Of a stretch of 64,000 nt of DNA, positions 44,508 through 59,203 are shown in pieces (the first letter of the stretch is position 1; every line of letters begins with the position of its first letter). The notes beneath the pieces were generated by a model. The model was not told the origin of the DNA and made no database searches. It was given only the letters and a program-made list of their open reading frames with translations. The translations under genes and the position numbers were made by a program. Origin of the DNA: an uncultured Gemmatimonadales bacterium (GTDB taxonomy: Bacteria; Gemmatimonadota; Gemmatimonadetes; Longimicrobiales; RSA9); NCBI GenBank assembly GCA_963816355.1, contig CAWFKH010000003.1, forward strand, positions 960,001 through 1,024,000, in the 5' to 3' direction.

Positions 44508-45125
44508 GTGCCGATCCGCCTGCTCGTCGCCACCGCGAACCCGCACAAAATCCGCGAGATCCGCCGCATTCTCGCGGCCTCCGAGCTCCGGCTCCTCGGT
44601 CTGGCCGACCTGCCAAGGCCCGTGGCGGAGCCCGAGGAGCCCTTCGACACCTTCCGCGCCAACGCCGCTCACAAGGCGCTCCACTACGCGAGCGCCACCG
44701 GCCTGCTCACCCTCGCCGACGACTCGGGCCTGCGCGTCCACGCCCTCGATGGCGCCCCCGGCACGCGGAGCAAACGCTTCTCCGGGCGTGACGACCTGCA
44801 CGGCGCGGCGCTCGACCGCGAGAACAACCGCGTCCTCCTCGAGCGCCTCCTCGGGCTGCCCGCTCACCGCCGCGCCGCTCACTACGTCTGCGCCGCCGCG
44901 CTCGCGCTCCCCGCCGGCGTCCTGCGCGAGGTCGCCATCGGCACCTGCGCCGGTCGCATCCTCGACCACGCCGACGGCGACAACGGCTTCGGCTACGACC
45001 CCTTCTTCTTCGTTGCCGCCTGCGGCGCCACCTTCGGTCGGCTCACCCCGGCCACCAAGGACCGCGTCAGCCACCGCGCCCGCGCCATTCGCGCCCTCGC
45101 CGCCGACATCTCGCGACGGCCGTGA
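44508..45125 (+). CDS. rdgB: Non-canonical purine NTP pyrophosphatase (RdgB/HAM1)
   Basis: ATANPHK, ADDSGL, GFGYDP, SHRARA. Confidence 0.93.
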   Translation: MPIRLLVATANPHKIREIRRILAASELRLLGLADLPRPVAEPEEPFDTFRANAAHKALHYASATGLLTLADDSGLRVHALDGAPGTRSKRFSGRDDLHGAALDRENNRVLLERLLGLPAHRRAAHYVCAAALALPAGVLREVAIGTCAGRILDHADGDNGFGYDPFFFVAACGATFGRLTPATKDRVSHRARAIRALAADISRRP

Positions 45126-45192
45126 CCACGCGGCGTCGCCGCCCCCGCGCACGACTCGTCGGCTCCGCCCCCGCCCTGTCTTTACTCGGGCG

Positions 45193-45221
45193 TTGACATG
45201 CGTCACGTGACACGTTACTTT
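45193..45221 (+). promoter_or_regulatory. Sigma70 promoter of higBA with palindromic operator
   Basis: TTGACA-17 bp-TACTTT; perfect palindrome GTCACGTGAC at 45202-45211 in the spacer. Confidence 0.7.
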
Positions 45222-45262
45222 TGAAAGAGATCTCGTACGGCATCCCAGGAGAGGGAAGGAGG

Positions 45263-45553
45263 ATGATCCACTCGTTCAAGGACAAAGCCACGAAGGACAT
45301 CTGGAACGGCGCCAACACGAAGGCTGCGAGAAGGATTCCTCAGGATGTCTGGGGCAGGGCGCGACGGAAGCTCGACGACCTGCACGCAGTGCGGCAGGTG
45401 TCGGACCTCGAGCTCCCGAGGAGCAACAGACTCCACGCCCTGGGCAACGACCGAGAGGACCAGTGGGCGATTAGGATCAACGATCAATACCGGATCTGCT
45501 TCCGGTGGAAAAACGATGACGCATGGGATGTGGAGATTACTGACTACCATTGA
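45263..45553 (+). CDS. higB: HigB (RelE-like) toxin
   Basis: MIHSFKDK..NRLHAL..WAIRINDQYRICFRW..VEITDYH. Confidence 0.93.
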   Translation: MIHSFKDKATKDIWNGANTKAARRIPQDVWGRARRKLDDLHAVRQVSDLELPRSNRLHALGNDREDQWAIRINDQYRICFRWKNDDAWDVEITDYH

Positions 45554-45581
45554 TCCCAGACATTAGACGGAGCACAGACAA

Positions 45582-45890
45582 ATGGCTCGCCAGCTTCCAA
45601 AGAACCGTCCGCCGACCCATCCAGGCGAAATGCTCGCGGACTTTCTGGAGGACCTAGGGATCACGCAGACCGATTTCGCGGAGGCGATCGACGTGTCCAG
45701 GGTTCGCGTCAACGAACTGATCCGCGGAAGGCGCGCCGTCACTCCGAGTACGGCCCTACGGCTCGAGAGGGCATTGGGGAAGCCCGCTTACTGGTGGCTC
45801 GAGCTGCAGCAGAACTTCGACCTCTGGCAAGCACTTCATAGCGACGAGATGGAAGCCATTCAATCCTTGAAACCGCTGGTGGCCACATGA
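45582..45890 (+). CDS. higA: HigA antitoxin
   Basis: PTHPGEML, HTH, TALRLERALG, WLELQ. Confidence 0.93.
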   Translation: MARQLPKNRPPTHPGEMLADFLEDLGITQTDFAEAIDVSRVRVNELIRGRRAVTPSTALRLERALGKPAYWWLELQQNFDLWQALHSDEMEAIQSLKPLVAT

Positions 45891-45925
45891 TTCCGAAGAC
45901 ATCAAGCCAGGTCCTCACGGGGCGT

Positions 45926-45957
45926 GCCCATCGGTTTCACCCGGTGAACCGATGGGC
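45926..45957. terminator. Hairpin downstream of higA
   Basis: GCCCATCGGTTTCAC-CCG-GTGAACCGATGGGC; no U-tract. Confidence 0.45.
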
Positions 45958-46506
45958 CCTGGAAGCACGTTCTGCGAGAGAGGCGGCACTGTCGCTCATT
46001 TCTTCACCACCCGATGGTGGGGCCCATGTTGCGGCCTAGGAATCCGGCAGAGCGCGAGGCGGCAACACATGGCAGACAAGATTTTGATTTCCTGATGCTC
46101 AAGCCGGCCCTCACCGGCTTGCAGATATCGTCGAATTCATCGTCATCATGTTCGGTTAATGCGGGCCGCCAGGGTCGACTGGCGGGCGGTGTTGCCGCCT
46201 CCGCCGCCTCCTCCCGCGAGCCCCTTCCATTTGCGTGCAACCTGTCCCTCTTTCAGGGTTGACCCGGCCGAGTCCTTGGGCTACACTTCGCGGCCTGGCC
46301 TTCGGGCTGTGTGGTGTCGGCGGCTCGCTGTTCATGCGAGCGAGGGCAGGCCGTCGCATCGACTCCGTGCCTGTGGGATCGTCGCAGTTTGAGACGGGCG
46401 CAAGGGTTTCCGCGCAGTTTTTGACACAGTTCGCGCCCTCGCAGCGGCAGGAAACGGCCAGCCGGGGACCACAAGTGGTTGCGCTGCAAGGGATTACATT
46501 GCTGGA

Positions 46507-46580
46507 CGGGGCGTGGCGCAGCCCGGTAGCGCGCCTGCTTTGGGAGCAGGAGGTCCTCGGTTCAAATCCGAGCGCCCCGA
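46507..46580 (+). tRNA. tRNA-Pro (UGG)
   Basis: Cloverleaf; anticodon arm CCTGC-TT TGG GA-GCAGG. Confidence 0.95.
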
Positions 46581-46602
46581 CTCCCCGGCCTGGTCCGGGT
46601 TC

Positions 46603-46677
46603 GCGCCCGTAGCTCAGCCTGGATAGAGCAGCGGCCTTCTAAGCCGCGGGTCATAGGTTCGAATCCTATCGGGCGCG
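46603..46677 (+). tRNA. tRNA-Arg (UCU)
   Basis: Cloverleaf; GCGGC-CT TCT AA-GCCGC. Confidence 0.95.
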
Positions 46678-46707
46678 CTCATCCGCTTGCGACGGGCTTT
46701 TTCTCAT

Positions 46708-46782
46708 GGTGGGCGTAGCTCAGTCGGTTAGAGCGCCAGGTTGTGGCCCTGGAGGTCGCCGGTTCGATTCCGGTCGCTCACC
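46708..46782 (+). tRNA. tRNA-His (GUG)
   Basis: Cloverleaf with encoded G-1; CCAGG-TT GTG GC-CCTGG. Confidence 0.95.
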
Positions 46783-46910
46783 CTGCGGTCCGGATCCGCG
46801 AGCCGCCTCGCCGGCACCGGCCGCGGAACCCCCGTGGCGACCGAGGGTACGCCCTCTTCCGCGGGCCGGGCGCTCCGGCGCCTGCCGGGCGGCTTCACCC
46901 GCCCGCGCTC

Positions 46911-46983
<73 letters not shown>

Positions 46984-46999
46984 TCGAGGTGGGTCGGCC

Positions 47000-47072
47000 T
47001 TGACTCGCCAACCCATGGCTGGTATTATTTTGGGCTGCGCTGCGAATCATCGCAGCCAACGCTGTTTGACAA
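47000..47072 (+). promoter_or_regulatory. rRNA operon promoter and boxA-like element
   Basis: TTGACT-17 bp-TATTAT (47000-47028); GCTGTTTGACAA at 47061, with a similar motif in the ITS near 48974. Confidence 0.75.
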
Positions 47073-47231
47073 TTCGGGTCGATGGTTTGGGTGGGCTCCG
47101 AGCTGCGGGTGCATCTTCCCGCGGGTACGTGCCAAGGGCTGGAGGTTTGGCGGCACGCGGAGACGAGAAAGATGAATTGTGATTCTGGACGTCAACGGAA
47201 GTTGGTGTTCGGGCAGAGCTAGAGGACTTTC

Positions 47232-48790
<1,559 letters not shown>

Positions 48791-49104
48791 GGAGCACGCG
48801 AGTAGGAGCCGCGGCCGGGCCTCGCGCCCGCGCCGTCGAGAGGCCGCTGCCCTCCGGGGCTCGCTTCCTCCTCGCTCCGAAAACCGCTCTCAGGTCGCAC
48901 CACCCGAGCCATCGAACCCGGATCGTCGTTTTCGCCCTGTGCGGGGTCGCACCCGTGCGGGGCCGTTTTCGACGCTGATTGACAGGATGGGTGAGGGGGA
49001 GTGGGATCGAGCGCCAGCAGGCGAGGTGGGCGGGCGTAGTGCCAAGCTGGGTCCTTGGAGCTTCACGCGAGTGGGGTGAAGGGGGCCGAGTGGGGGGCTA
49101 TGTC

Positions 49105-52094
<2,990 letters not shown>

Positions 52095-52215
52095 GGCTTC
52101 CCCGACGATGGGAAGCCCGTCGCCCTCGCAGCTCGGTGCGCGATCTCCACTCCCCCCTCCCTGTTTTCTTATCGGCCGGCGCGCTCGCCACGAGCGGCGC
52201 CGGCGCAGGCTGGAG

Positions 52216-52332
52216 GCCGGCGGTTCTGGCGCGGGGGACACACCCGTTCCCATCCCGAACACGGTCGTTAAGCCCCGCAGCGCGGATGGTACTGCTCGGG
52301 AGACCGAGTGGGAGAGTACGACGCCGCCGGCC
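52216..52332 (+). rRNA. rrf: 5S rRNA
   Basis: CACCCGTTCCCATCCCGAACACGG, GATGGTACTG, GGGAGAGTA. Confidence 0.97.
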
Positions 52333-52549
52333 CCTTCTGGCCCCGCACGAACGCCTCGCGACGCCCCCGCGCCGCGGGGCGTCCTGCATCCGCACCCCAC
52401 CCGCCCCCCCGCCTCCACCCCCGACCCTCCGCCTACGCCATTCCTCTCCGTCTACGCCCACGCACCTCCGTCCACGCCACGCCGCTCCGTGCTGCCCTCA
52501 CCACCCTTCCGCTTGCCGGTCCTCGGCCCGCTCTCTACATTCGCGCCGG

Positions 52550-53479
52550 ATGATGACCATTCCGTCGCAAGAGGGCGCGCGAGGAGAGGGCACGCACGCC
52601 GGCTACATCGCGCTCGCCGGACGCCCGAACGTCGGCAAGTCGACCCTCCTCAACGCGTTCATGGGTGAGAAGTTGAGCATCGTGACGCCCAAGGCGCAGA
52701 CGACGCGCGAGCGAGTGCTGGGCATCGTGACGACGGAGCGGGCACAGATGGTCTTCGTCGACACTCCCGGACTTCTCGAACCGCGCTATCTCCTGCAGGC
52801 CTCGATGCTCGCGGCGGCGCGTCAGGCGGTGGCGGAGGCCGACGTCGTCCTGCTGCTGCTGGACGCGGCCGCGGGCGCCGATTCGCGGCTGGAGGGTGAG
52901 GCGCTCGGCCTCTTCGCGCGGCGCTCCGGCGCCCTGCGCGTGGCGATCAACAAGGTCGACGCGGCGCCGGGCGGAGCGGCTCCCCTCGAAGCGTGGGTGC
53001 GCGACGCATTGGGCGTGGAGGCGCGTCGCATATCGGCGCTGCACGGGGAGGGGGTCGCGGCGCTCCGGCACGAGCTGGAGCGAGCGCTCCCGGAATCTCC
53101 GTTCTTCTATCCGGAGGACGAGATCGCGGTTCAGCCGGTGCGCTTCTTCGTGGCAGAAATGGTGCGGGAGACGATCCTCGAGGAGTACGAGCAGGAGGTT
53201 CCCTACGGGACGGCGGTCGTGATCGACGAGTTCCGCGAAGCGGAGGATCCGGTTTACATTCGTGCGACGGTCGTCGTGGAGCGGGAATCTCAGAAGGGGA
53301 TTCTGATCGGGCGCGGGGGCGCCGCGATCAAGCGGCTGGGTGCGCGCGCGCGGGGCAAGATCGAGGCGTTCCTGGACGCGCGCGTCTATCTCGACCTGTG
53401 GGTGAAGGTGCGGCCCGGCTGGCGCCGCAAGAAGGCCATGTTGAAGGAGCTGGGCTACGTCCCACCGGAAAGCGAGTGA
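52550..53479 (+). CDS. era: GTPase Era
   Basis: GRPNVGKSTLLN, KAQTTR, DTPG, NKVD, KH-domain QKGILIG. Confidence 0.96.
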   Translation: MMTIPSQEGARGEGTHAGYIALAGRPNVGKSTLLNAFMGEKLSIVTPKAQTTRERVLGIVTTERAQMVFVDTPGLLEPRYLLQASMLAAARQAVAEADVVLLLLDAAAGADSRLEGEALGLFARRSGALRVAINKVDAAPGGAAPLEAWVRDALGVEARRISALHGEGVAALRHELERALPESPFFYPEDEIAVQPVRFFVAEMVRETILEEYEQEVPYGTAVVIDEFREAEDPVYIRATVVVERESQKGILIGRGGAAIKRLGARARGKIEAFLDARVYLDLWVKVRPGWRRKKAMLKELGYVPPESE

Positions 53480-53487
53480 AGGGCGCC

Positions 53488-53652
53488 ATGCTGGATGCGG
53501 AGCTGCTGGAGATTCTCGTCTGCCCGAAGTGCAAAGGGGAGCTGGAATACCGTCGCGAGGAGGACGTTCTGGTCTGTCACGCCTGCCGTCTGCGCTACGA
53601 GATCCGGGACGACATCCCGATCATGCTCGTGGATGAGGCGACGGCGTTCTGA
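53488..53652 (+). CDS. Trm112/YcaR family protein
   Basis: LLEILVCPKCKG..YEIRDDIPIML. Confidence 0.9.
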   Translation: MLDAELLEILVCPKCKGELEYRREEDVLVCHACRLRYEIRDDIPIMLVDEATAF

Positions 53653-54766
53653 CAGTCCGGGAGCCTCGCACGCCGGCGATGGCGCCCGGCCCGTCGAATC
53701 CGCGGCGCCGCGCGAGTGCGCGTCCTCGCGTGCGCGACGACGCCGCGCGGGCCTTCGCCGCTTCGCCGAGCTCGCGGTGCTGCTGTGCGGCACGCTGATC
53801 GCGCGGGGCGAGGCCGCCGCGCAGGGATCGGCGTCCGAGATCGCCACGGGCGAGTGCTGCATCGAGCTTCTGCTCCCGATCGGGGGGCGCGCCGCGGCGC
53901 TCGGCGGTGCCCTCACGAGCCTGCCGTCGGGGGACGGCGTGTGGGGCAACCCCGCCGAGCTCGCCCCGCTGGACTCGACCGAGTTCCTCATCCACCACAT
54001 CACCGGCCTGCTGCCCACGACGCTCGAGAGCGCCCAGTCGCCCGGAGGCGGGCAGAGCAACGCGTTCTCGCTGCTCGTGGCCGCGCACGGCGTCGGTACC
54101 TTCGGCGCGTCGTACCTGCTGGTGGACTACGGGGACATCGCGAGCACGGACGTAAACGGGCAGCAGATCGGATCGTTGTCGCTGCGCACGCACGTCTTCG
54201 TGGCCTCGTTCGCGACGGCGCTGGCCCCGTCGCTCGCCGTCGGGATCAACTACTCCGTCTATGCCTTTCGCCCGTCGTGCAGCGGGCAGTGCGGGAATCA
54301 GCAGATCGCCGGCACGACGCAGACTGTCGATCTGGGCGTCCGCTACGCGCCCGGGCCACGTCCCGGCTTCGCGCTCGGCGCCGCCATCGCGCACCTCGGT
54401 CTGCCGCTACAGATCAACAACGCGGCGCAGGCGGACCAGCCGCCCACTCGGCTGCGCGTGGGCGGCGCCTTCGAGCTCCTGCGGCACTTCCATGCCGATG
54501 AAATCCTTGCCCTGTGGCTCCACGCCGCCCTCCTCGCGCGCGCGGGCCGGGACGCCAGCGTCGTGCCCTCTGTCGGCGCCGAGCTGTCCGCCGGCAACTC
54601 GATCTTCCTGCGCGCGGGCTACGCCGGCGGAAGCGGCCTCATCAGCGGCGCCTCCGTCGGCGTCGGCCTCGATTACCAGCGCTACACCATGGCGCTCGCG
54701 AAGAGCTTTTCGAGCGGGTTGGGATCGGAGCAGCCGGTCCAGGTCACCTTCGCGATCCGCTTCTGA
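53633..54766 (+). CDS. PorV/PorQ-like outer membrane beta-barrel; start uncertain
   Basis: LLLPIGGRAAALGGA..WGNPAEL, LPxRLRVG-like motif, FLRAGY, C-terminal F. Confidence 0.65.
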   Translation: MRRRRSDSPGASHAGDGARPVESAAPRECASSRARRRRAGLRRFAELAVLLCGTLIARGEAAAQGSASEIATGECCIELLLPIGGRAAALGGALTSLPSGDGVWGNPAELAPLDSTEFLIHHITGLLPTTLESAQSPGGGQSNAFSLLVAAHGVGTFGASYLLVDYGDIASTDVNGQQIGSLSLRTHVFVASFATALAPSLAVGINYSVYAFRPSCSGQCGNQQIAGTTQTVDLGVRYAPGPRPGFALGAAIAHLGLPLQINNAAQADQPPTRLRVGGAFELLRHFHADEILALWLHAALLARAGRDASVVPSVGAELSAGNSIFLRAGYAGGSGLISGASVGVGLDYQRYTMALAKSFSSGLGSEQPVQVTFAIRF

Positions 54767-54807
54767 GCGGCCGGGCGTGGGCGGCCGCCACGCGCGGCCA
54801 CGCCTGC

Positions 54808-55806
54808 GTGCCGCTCTCCTCGTCGCCGCGCTCCTCTCGCCCCGTGCCGCTCTTCTCTCACCGCGTCCTCCTCGCTCCCGCTGCCGTTCTCGTCGGCACC
54901 GCGCCGGCGGCGGCGCAGGTCGCCGACTCCGCACACGCGCACACCCTCACGATCGGGCCGCCGGTCGCGGCGCGAACCATCGCGATGTTCCCGCATCCGG
55001 CCGATCCGCCTCCGCTGCCGCCGATCCGGGCGCCCGGCGCGCCGCGGCTGCCCGCGACGGCGGCGGCGCCCCGGCTCACGCTCGCGGCACGCGACGAGAC
55101 CTCCGTGGGGCGGGCCGTCCTCCTCTCCGCGCTGGTCCCGGGGCTCGGCCAGCGGGCGCTGGGCGCCGAGCGCTGGCCGGTGTACGTCGCGCTCGAAGCG
55201 TGGGCGTGGATCCGCTACATCGGCCTGCACGGCGACGCCCGCCGCCTCGAGCACGGCTACCGCGACCTCGCCTGGGAGGTGGCGCGCCGCGTCGGCGTCG
55301 GCGAGCGGCGCGAGGGCGACTTCGAGTATTACGAGTCGATGGAGCATTTCCGCGCGAGCGGCGCCTTCGACGCGGACCCCGAGCTCGCCGGCCTGCAGCC
55401 GGAGGGGGACCTCGCGACGTTCAACGGCCAGATCTGGAGCCTCGCCGTGGGCCTCTACGGCAGCGGCCGCGGCACCGTCCCCGGCACGCCCGGATACGAC
55501 GCCGCGCTCGCGTACTACGAAGCGAAAGCGGTCCAACCCGCGTTCGCCTGGGACTGGGGCGACAACGACCTCGAGCAGCAGATCTTCCAGAGCCTCATCG
55601 CGCGCAGCGACGAGGCGTACCGCAGCTCCCGCACGACGCTCGGCGTCATCCTTGCAAACCACATCGTCAGCGCCGTCGACGCTTTCGCCATCGCACGGCT
55701 ACGCGCCGCGACCGGAGCGGACATCCACCTCGGACCCGCTCCCGCCGGTGCCGGTGGACTTCCGCGCGTGGGCTTTTCCCTCACCTTTCCCCTGCCGACG
55801 AGGTAG
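54808..55806 (+). CDS. Secreted/membrane hypothetical protein; start uncertain
   Basis: AVLLSALVPGLGQ..NHIVSAVDAF, similar in style to 38255-38893. Confidence 0.65.
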   Translation: MPLSSSPRSSRPVPLFSHRVLLAPAAVLVGTAPAAAQVADSAHAHTLTIGPPVAARTIAMFPHPADPPPLPPIRAPGAPRLPATAAAPRLTLAARDETSVGRAVLLSALVPGLGQRALGAERWPVYVALEAWAWIRYIGLHGDARRLEHGYRDLAWEVARRVGVGERREGDFEYYESMEHFRASGAFDADPELAGLQPEGDLATFNGQIWSLAVGLYGSGRGTVPGTPGYDAALAYYEAKAVQPAFAWDWGDNDLEQQIFQSLIARSDEAYRSSRTTLGVILANHIVSAVDAFAIARLRAATGADIHLGPAPAGAGGLPRVGFSLTFPLPTR

Positions 55807-55809
55807 CGC

Positions 55810-58164
55810 TTGACCCTCTCCCCGGACCGCATCATCGACTATCTGCGGGACGAAGCCGGCCGTCCGCTGAAGGCGAAGGAGCTCGCGCGCGCCCTCGGCG
55901 TCGGCGAGGTGGACTACGCCGACTTCCGCGAGCAGCTCCACGCACTCGAGACGGAGGGCCTGCTCTACCGCGTCCAGCGCCAACGCTACGCGGCGCCGGA
56001 GAAGATCAACCTGGTGCGCGGCCGCCTCCAGACGATACGCAGCGGCGCCGGCTTCGTCGTGCCGGAGGCGGGCGACGAGGACCTCTTCGTGCCGGCCGAA
56101 GGCCTGGCCTCGGCGATCGACGGCGACCGCGTCATCGCCCGCGTCGAGCGGCGCCGTCGCGGCGAGCGGCCGCAGGGCCGCGTCATCCGCGTCATCGAAC
56201 GCGGTCGCGAGACGCTCGTCGGCGTCTTCCACCCCGCCCGCAACTTCGGCTTCGTCACCCCCGAGGACCGCAAGGTCCCGCGCGACGTGTTCGTCCCGCC
56301 GGGGCACGAATCGAGCGCCGTCGAGGGGGACGTGGTGGTCGTGCACGTCACCGACTGGGGCGACGGCCACAAGGGTCCCGTCGGTGAGGTCACGCGCGTT
56401 CTCGGGCCGCTCGACGCGCCCGGCGTCGACGTCCTCGCCGTCGCCTACGGCCACGAGCTGCCCCTGCAGTTCCCGCCCGAAGTCGAGGAGGAGGCGGCGC
56501 GCGTGCGCGAGCGCGGCATCGCGCCCGCCGAGGCGGAGCGCCGCGTCGATCTCCGCGCCGACCTCGTGATGACCATCGACCCTGCCGACGCGAAGGATCA
56601 CGACGACGCCCTCTCCATCCGCGCGCGCGACGATGGCCGCTTCGACGTCGCCATCCACATCGCCGACGTGGCGCACTACGTCGAGCCGGGCGGTGCCATC
56701 GATCTCGAGGCGCTGCGCCGCGGCACGAGCGTCTACCTGGTCGACCGTACGATCCCGATGCTGCCCGAGGCCCTGTCGACCGACCTCTGCTCGCTGCGCC
56801 CGGACGTCGATCGCCTGGCCCTGTCGCTCCGCCTCGTCATGGATCGCGACGGCAAGGTCCACGAGGAGCGCCTCGTGCGCTCGCTCATCCGCTGCGGACA
56901 CCGCCTCTCCTACGACGCCGCCCAGGCGATCCTCGACGGCGCCGCCGACGCGCCCGCCGCGCTGCGCGACGCGCTACGCGACCTCGCCGCCCTCAGCACG
57001 GCGCTGCGCGCGCGCCGCGCCGCGCGCGGCAGCATCGACTTCGATCTGCCCGAGGCACGCGTCGTCCTCGACGAGGAAGGGGTGCCGGTCGACATCCAGC
57101 GCGTCGAGCGGCTGCAGAGCCATCGCATCGTCGAGGACTTCATGCTCCTCGCCAACGAAACGATCGCGCGCCGCGCCGTGCGAGCCGACATCCCCTTCCT
57201 CTACCGCGTCCACGACCACCCGGCGCCCGATCGCGTCGAGCAGCTGCGCGACTTCCTCGCCCGCTTCGGGATCCGCCTCGCCAGCGGAGCCGAGCCCGGC
57301 CCGCGCGAGTTCCAGCGCGCCATCTCCCAGGCGGAAGGCCGTCCGGAGGAGACGCTCGTGACCACCGTCATGCTGCGCTCCATGAAGCAGGCACGCTACA
57401 GCGCCGAGCGGATCGGCCACTTCGGCCTCGCCGCTGGCCACTACACCCACTTCACGTCCCCCATCCGTCGCTACCCGGACCTCGTAGTCCACCGCCTCGC
57501 CTCCGCCGCCTTCGTGGACGCGGCACCCGCCGCAACCGACGACGAAGCCCTCGAGGCGATCGCGCGCACCTCGAGCCAGCGCGAGCGCGTCGCCGTCGAC
57601 GCGGAGCGCGACAGCGTCGATCTCAAGAAGGTCGAGTTCATGGAGCGCCACGTCGGCGACGAATTCGAGGGCACCGTGAGCGGCGTCACGTCCTTCGGCC
57701 TCTTCGTCCTCCTCGACCGCTACCACGTCGAAGGCCTCGTGCACGTGAGCTCGCTCGAGGACGACTACTACATCTTCCTCGAGGAGCAGTTCGCGCTGCT
57801 GGGGGAGAACACGCGAAACCGCTTCCAGATCGGCGGTCGCGTCCACGTGAGGGTCGTGCGCGTGGACCGTGAGCAGCGCAAGATCGACTTCGAGCTGTTG
57901 CGGGAGGAGCCACCCGCTCCGGCCGCGCGCCGCGGCGGGCGGGCGGGCGGCGGGGGGAAGGGCGGCGCTGCGAAGGGCGGCGGGGGGAAAGGCGGCGGTC
58001 GTGGCGGCCAGGGCGGCGGACGCAAGACGCGGGGGGGTCGTGGCGGCAAGAGGCGTGGCGGCGGGCCGGGCGGCGGCCCGAAGAGCGGCGGGAGCGGACG
58101 GACGGCGCGCGGCCGCGCGGGCGGACGCGGCCGTGCCTTTGACACATCCGCGGTGGGCAGGTAG
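55810..58164 (+). CDS. rnr: Ribonuclease R
   Basis: TIDPADAKDHDDA, YTHFTSPIRRYPD, S1 domain, RGG-rich tail. Confidence 0.96.
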   Translation: MTLSPDRIIDYLRDEAGRPLKAKELARALGVGEVDYADFREQLHALETEGLLYRVQRQRYAAPEKINLVRGRLQTIRSGAGFVVPEAGDEDLFVPAEGLASAIDGDRVIARVERRRRGERPQGRVIRVIERGRETLVGVFHPARNFGFVTPEDRKVPRDVFVPPGHESSAVEGDVVVVHVTDWGDGHKGPVGEVTRVLGPLDAPGVDVLAVAYGHELPLQFPPEVEEEAARVRERGIAPAEAERRVDLRADLVMTIDPADAKDHDDALSIRARDDGRFDVAIHIADVAHYVEPGGAIDLEALRRGTSVYLVDRTIPMLPEALSTDLCSLRPDVDRLALSLRLVMDRDGKVHEERLVRSLIRCGHRLSYDAAQAILDGAADAPAALRDALRDLAALSTALRARRAARGSIDFDLPEARVVLDEEGVPVDIQRVERLQSHRIVEDFMLLANETIARRAVRADIPFLYRVHDHPAPDRVEQLRDFLARFGIRLASGAEPGPREFQRAISQAEGRPEETLVTTVMLRSMKQARYSAERIGHFGLAAGHYTHFTSPIRRYPDLVVHRLASAAFVDAAPAATDDEALEAIARTSSQRERVAVDAERDSVDLKKVEFMERHVGDEFEGTVSGVTSFGLFVLLDRYHVEGLVHVSSLEDDYYIFLEEQFALLGENTRNRFQIGGRVHVRVVRVDREQRKIDFELLREEPPAPAARRGGRAGGGGKGGAAKGGGGKGGGRGGQGGGRKTRGGRGGKRRGGGPGGGPKSGGSGRTARGRAGGRGRAFDTSAVGR

Positions 58165-58210
58165 ATTTGGAAGTGCTTTCCCCGGCACCGTCCGCCTTCA
58201 TCCCGGCTCA

Positions 58211-59203
58211 ATGGGCTTGAAATCGGTACTCGTGTTCCACTCCCGGCCTGGCCGGGACGTGCCGGAGAGCATCCGTGCCATCGTCGCGGAGCGCGCTCTG
58301 CGCGTCGAGTCGATGCCGGCCTCCTCGGAAGTGCTCGCCGCGGTGAACCGCAGCTATCCCGCAGCCGTCATCATCGAGCTGGGCGACGACCGTGCTCCTC
58401 TCGAGCTGTGCCGCACGCTGAAGAGCGACCCGTTCACGGCGATCGTGCCGGTCGTGCTCCTCCTCTCCGGCGGCGACGAGGATCTGCGCGTGGAGGCGTT
58501 CGAGGCGGGGGCGGACGAGGTGCTGACGGAGTCGCTGCCGCCGCGCGAGGTGCACCTGCGTCTGCGGCACGCGATCGAGCGGGCGAACCGGGATGTCGGC
58601 GTGCACCCGACGACGCGGCTTCCGGGCACGGTGCAGATCGAGCGCGACATCGCGGAGCGGCTGGCGAGCGGCCAGGTGTTCGCCTGCTGCTACGCGGACC
58701 TCGACCACTTCAAGGAGTTCAACGACCGCTACGGCTATTATCGCGGCGACCGCGTGATCCGGCTGCTGTCGCGGATTCTGCGGGATGTGGTGCGGTGGTA
58801 CGCGCCGAGCGGCTTCATCGGACACATCGGCGGCGACGACTTCATCTTCAACGTCCCGATGGAATCGATGAGCGTCGCGTGCCAGGAGATCGTCGACACC
58901 TTCGACGAGCTGATCCCTTACCAGTACACGGAGCAGGATCGACGGGCGGGGTATTTCCTCGGAAAGGACCGCCGCGGCAATCTGCACCGCGTTCCGCTCA
59001 TGACGCTGTCGATCGGCGTCGTCACGAACCAGCACCGGCACTTCAGCCACACCGGCCGCGTCAGCGAGCTGGCGACGGAGATGAAGGCGTACGCGAAGAC
59101 GCTTCCCGGCTCGCTCTACGCCGTCGATCGGCGCCGCGACCCGGTCGGCGGCGCATCCTCCCCAGGAGTCGCAGAGAATGAACGTAGTCTGTCCCAGTTG
59201 TGA
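58211..59203 (+). CDS. Receiver-like plus GGDEF domain diguanylate cyclase
   Basis: DLDHFKEFNDRYGY, HIGGDDF; N-terminal receiver-like fold. Confidence 0.88.
   Translation: MGLKSVLVFHSRPGRDVPESIRAIVAERALRVESMPASSEVLAAVNRSYPAAVIIELGDDRAPLELCRTLKSDPFTAIVPVVLLLSGGDEDLRVEAFEAGADEVLTESLPPREVHLRLRHAIERANRDVGVHPTTRLPGTVQIERDIAERLASGQVFACCYADLDHFKEFNDRYGYYRGDRVIRLLSRILRDVVRWYAPSGFIGHIGGDDFIFNVPMESMSVACQEIVDTFDELIPYQYTEQDRRAGYFLGKDRRGNLHRVPLMTLSIGVVTNQHRHFSHTGRVSELATEMKAYAKTLPGSLYAVDRRRDPVGGASSPGVAENERSLSQL

Noticed and set aside
46004..46489. Short ORFs between higA and tRNA-Pro
   Set aside because: No recognisable motif, RBS or codon bias
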